Of a DNA stretch of 61,513 bases, positions 61,226 to 61,513 are shown piece after piece; the stretch's first letter is position 1; each line of letters begins with the position of its first letter. Below the pieces are notes generated by a model. The model made no database searches, was not told where the DNA came from, and was given only the letters and a program-made list of their open reading frames with translations. Source of the DNA: a virus (taxonomy: Duplodnaviria; Caudoviricetes). The stretch is from positions 1 through 61,513 of IMG/VR virus record IMGVR_UViG_3300002171_000009; one strand, 5' to 3'. The translations under genes were made by a program, and so were the position numbers.

Positions 61226-61513
61226 TCATGGAGAAAGAGGCCATGCGATCCATCCGCACGCCGCTTAATCCATGATCTGACCTTCTTGCTTGGTAGTACC
61301 TTGTCACGATGTGACTATCAATATGATCACTGCTATCGATGATACAAATCCGATGCATAATCGTGCTTCGCATAACTGAATCGCATCTTTCCATAATATT
61401 CGAATGCCTTCCTGAGTCGCTTAACCTTTTTCTTGGGGAATTTATGCGAATCCTCGAAATATTCGCGCGATAATTGCTCAACAAATTCGTCGAATATCAT
61501 GCTCTTTCTCCCT
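61226..61513. repeat. 288-bp imperfect direct repeat, copy B
   Basis: Matches 475..762 up to the last base of the window. Confidence 0.95.

Noticed and set aside
1-61513. tRNA genes, CRISPR array, integrase, stop-codon reassignment
   Set aside because: No cloverleaf with T-loop, no regularly spaced repeats and no recombinase motifs were seen by eye, and long genes are intact in the standard code. A tool scan could still find weak cases.

Overview
This window looks like an essentially complete tailed (siphovirus-like) archaeal virus genome. The archaeal call rests on BRE/TATA promoters with leaderless starts, GGTGA/GGAG Shine-Dalgarno sites, a PriS+PriL-type primase, an ERCC4 nuclease and many RHH proteins. 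A methanogen host (Methanothrix/Methanosarcinales-like) is my inference only. The last 288 bp (61226-61513) repeat 475-762 without gaps (15 mismatches, last 101 bp identical). This suggests a ~60.75 kb circle, with bases 1-661 being an alternative allele of the same locus. The minus-strand late genes cover terminases, portal, protease, capsid, neck, tail tube, tape measure and baseplate/spike. The central region carries replication and modification genes: a primase-helicase with internal iterons, three DNA methyltransferases (one split over two reading frames), and HNH endonucleases. I found no integrase, tRNA, CRISPR array or reverse transcriptase. Best novel-system candidate: a variable locus at 58.6-61.5 kb and 1-0.76 kb where DUF4417-like enzymes sit beside small unrelated proteins sharing a codon-diverged but protein-identical MSKGSGGGGR leader, interleaved with two copies of a promoter/variable ORF/RHH cassette. 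Other highlights are a conserved pseudoknot-like 5' RNA plus promoter ahead of two HNH genes, a promoter-led structured non-coding region upstream of TerS, and a metacaspase in the endolysin position between two holin-like genes. All family assignments come from motif recognition by eye, not from database searches.
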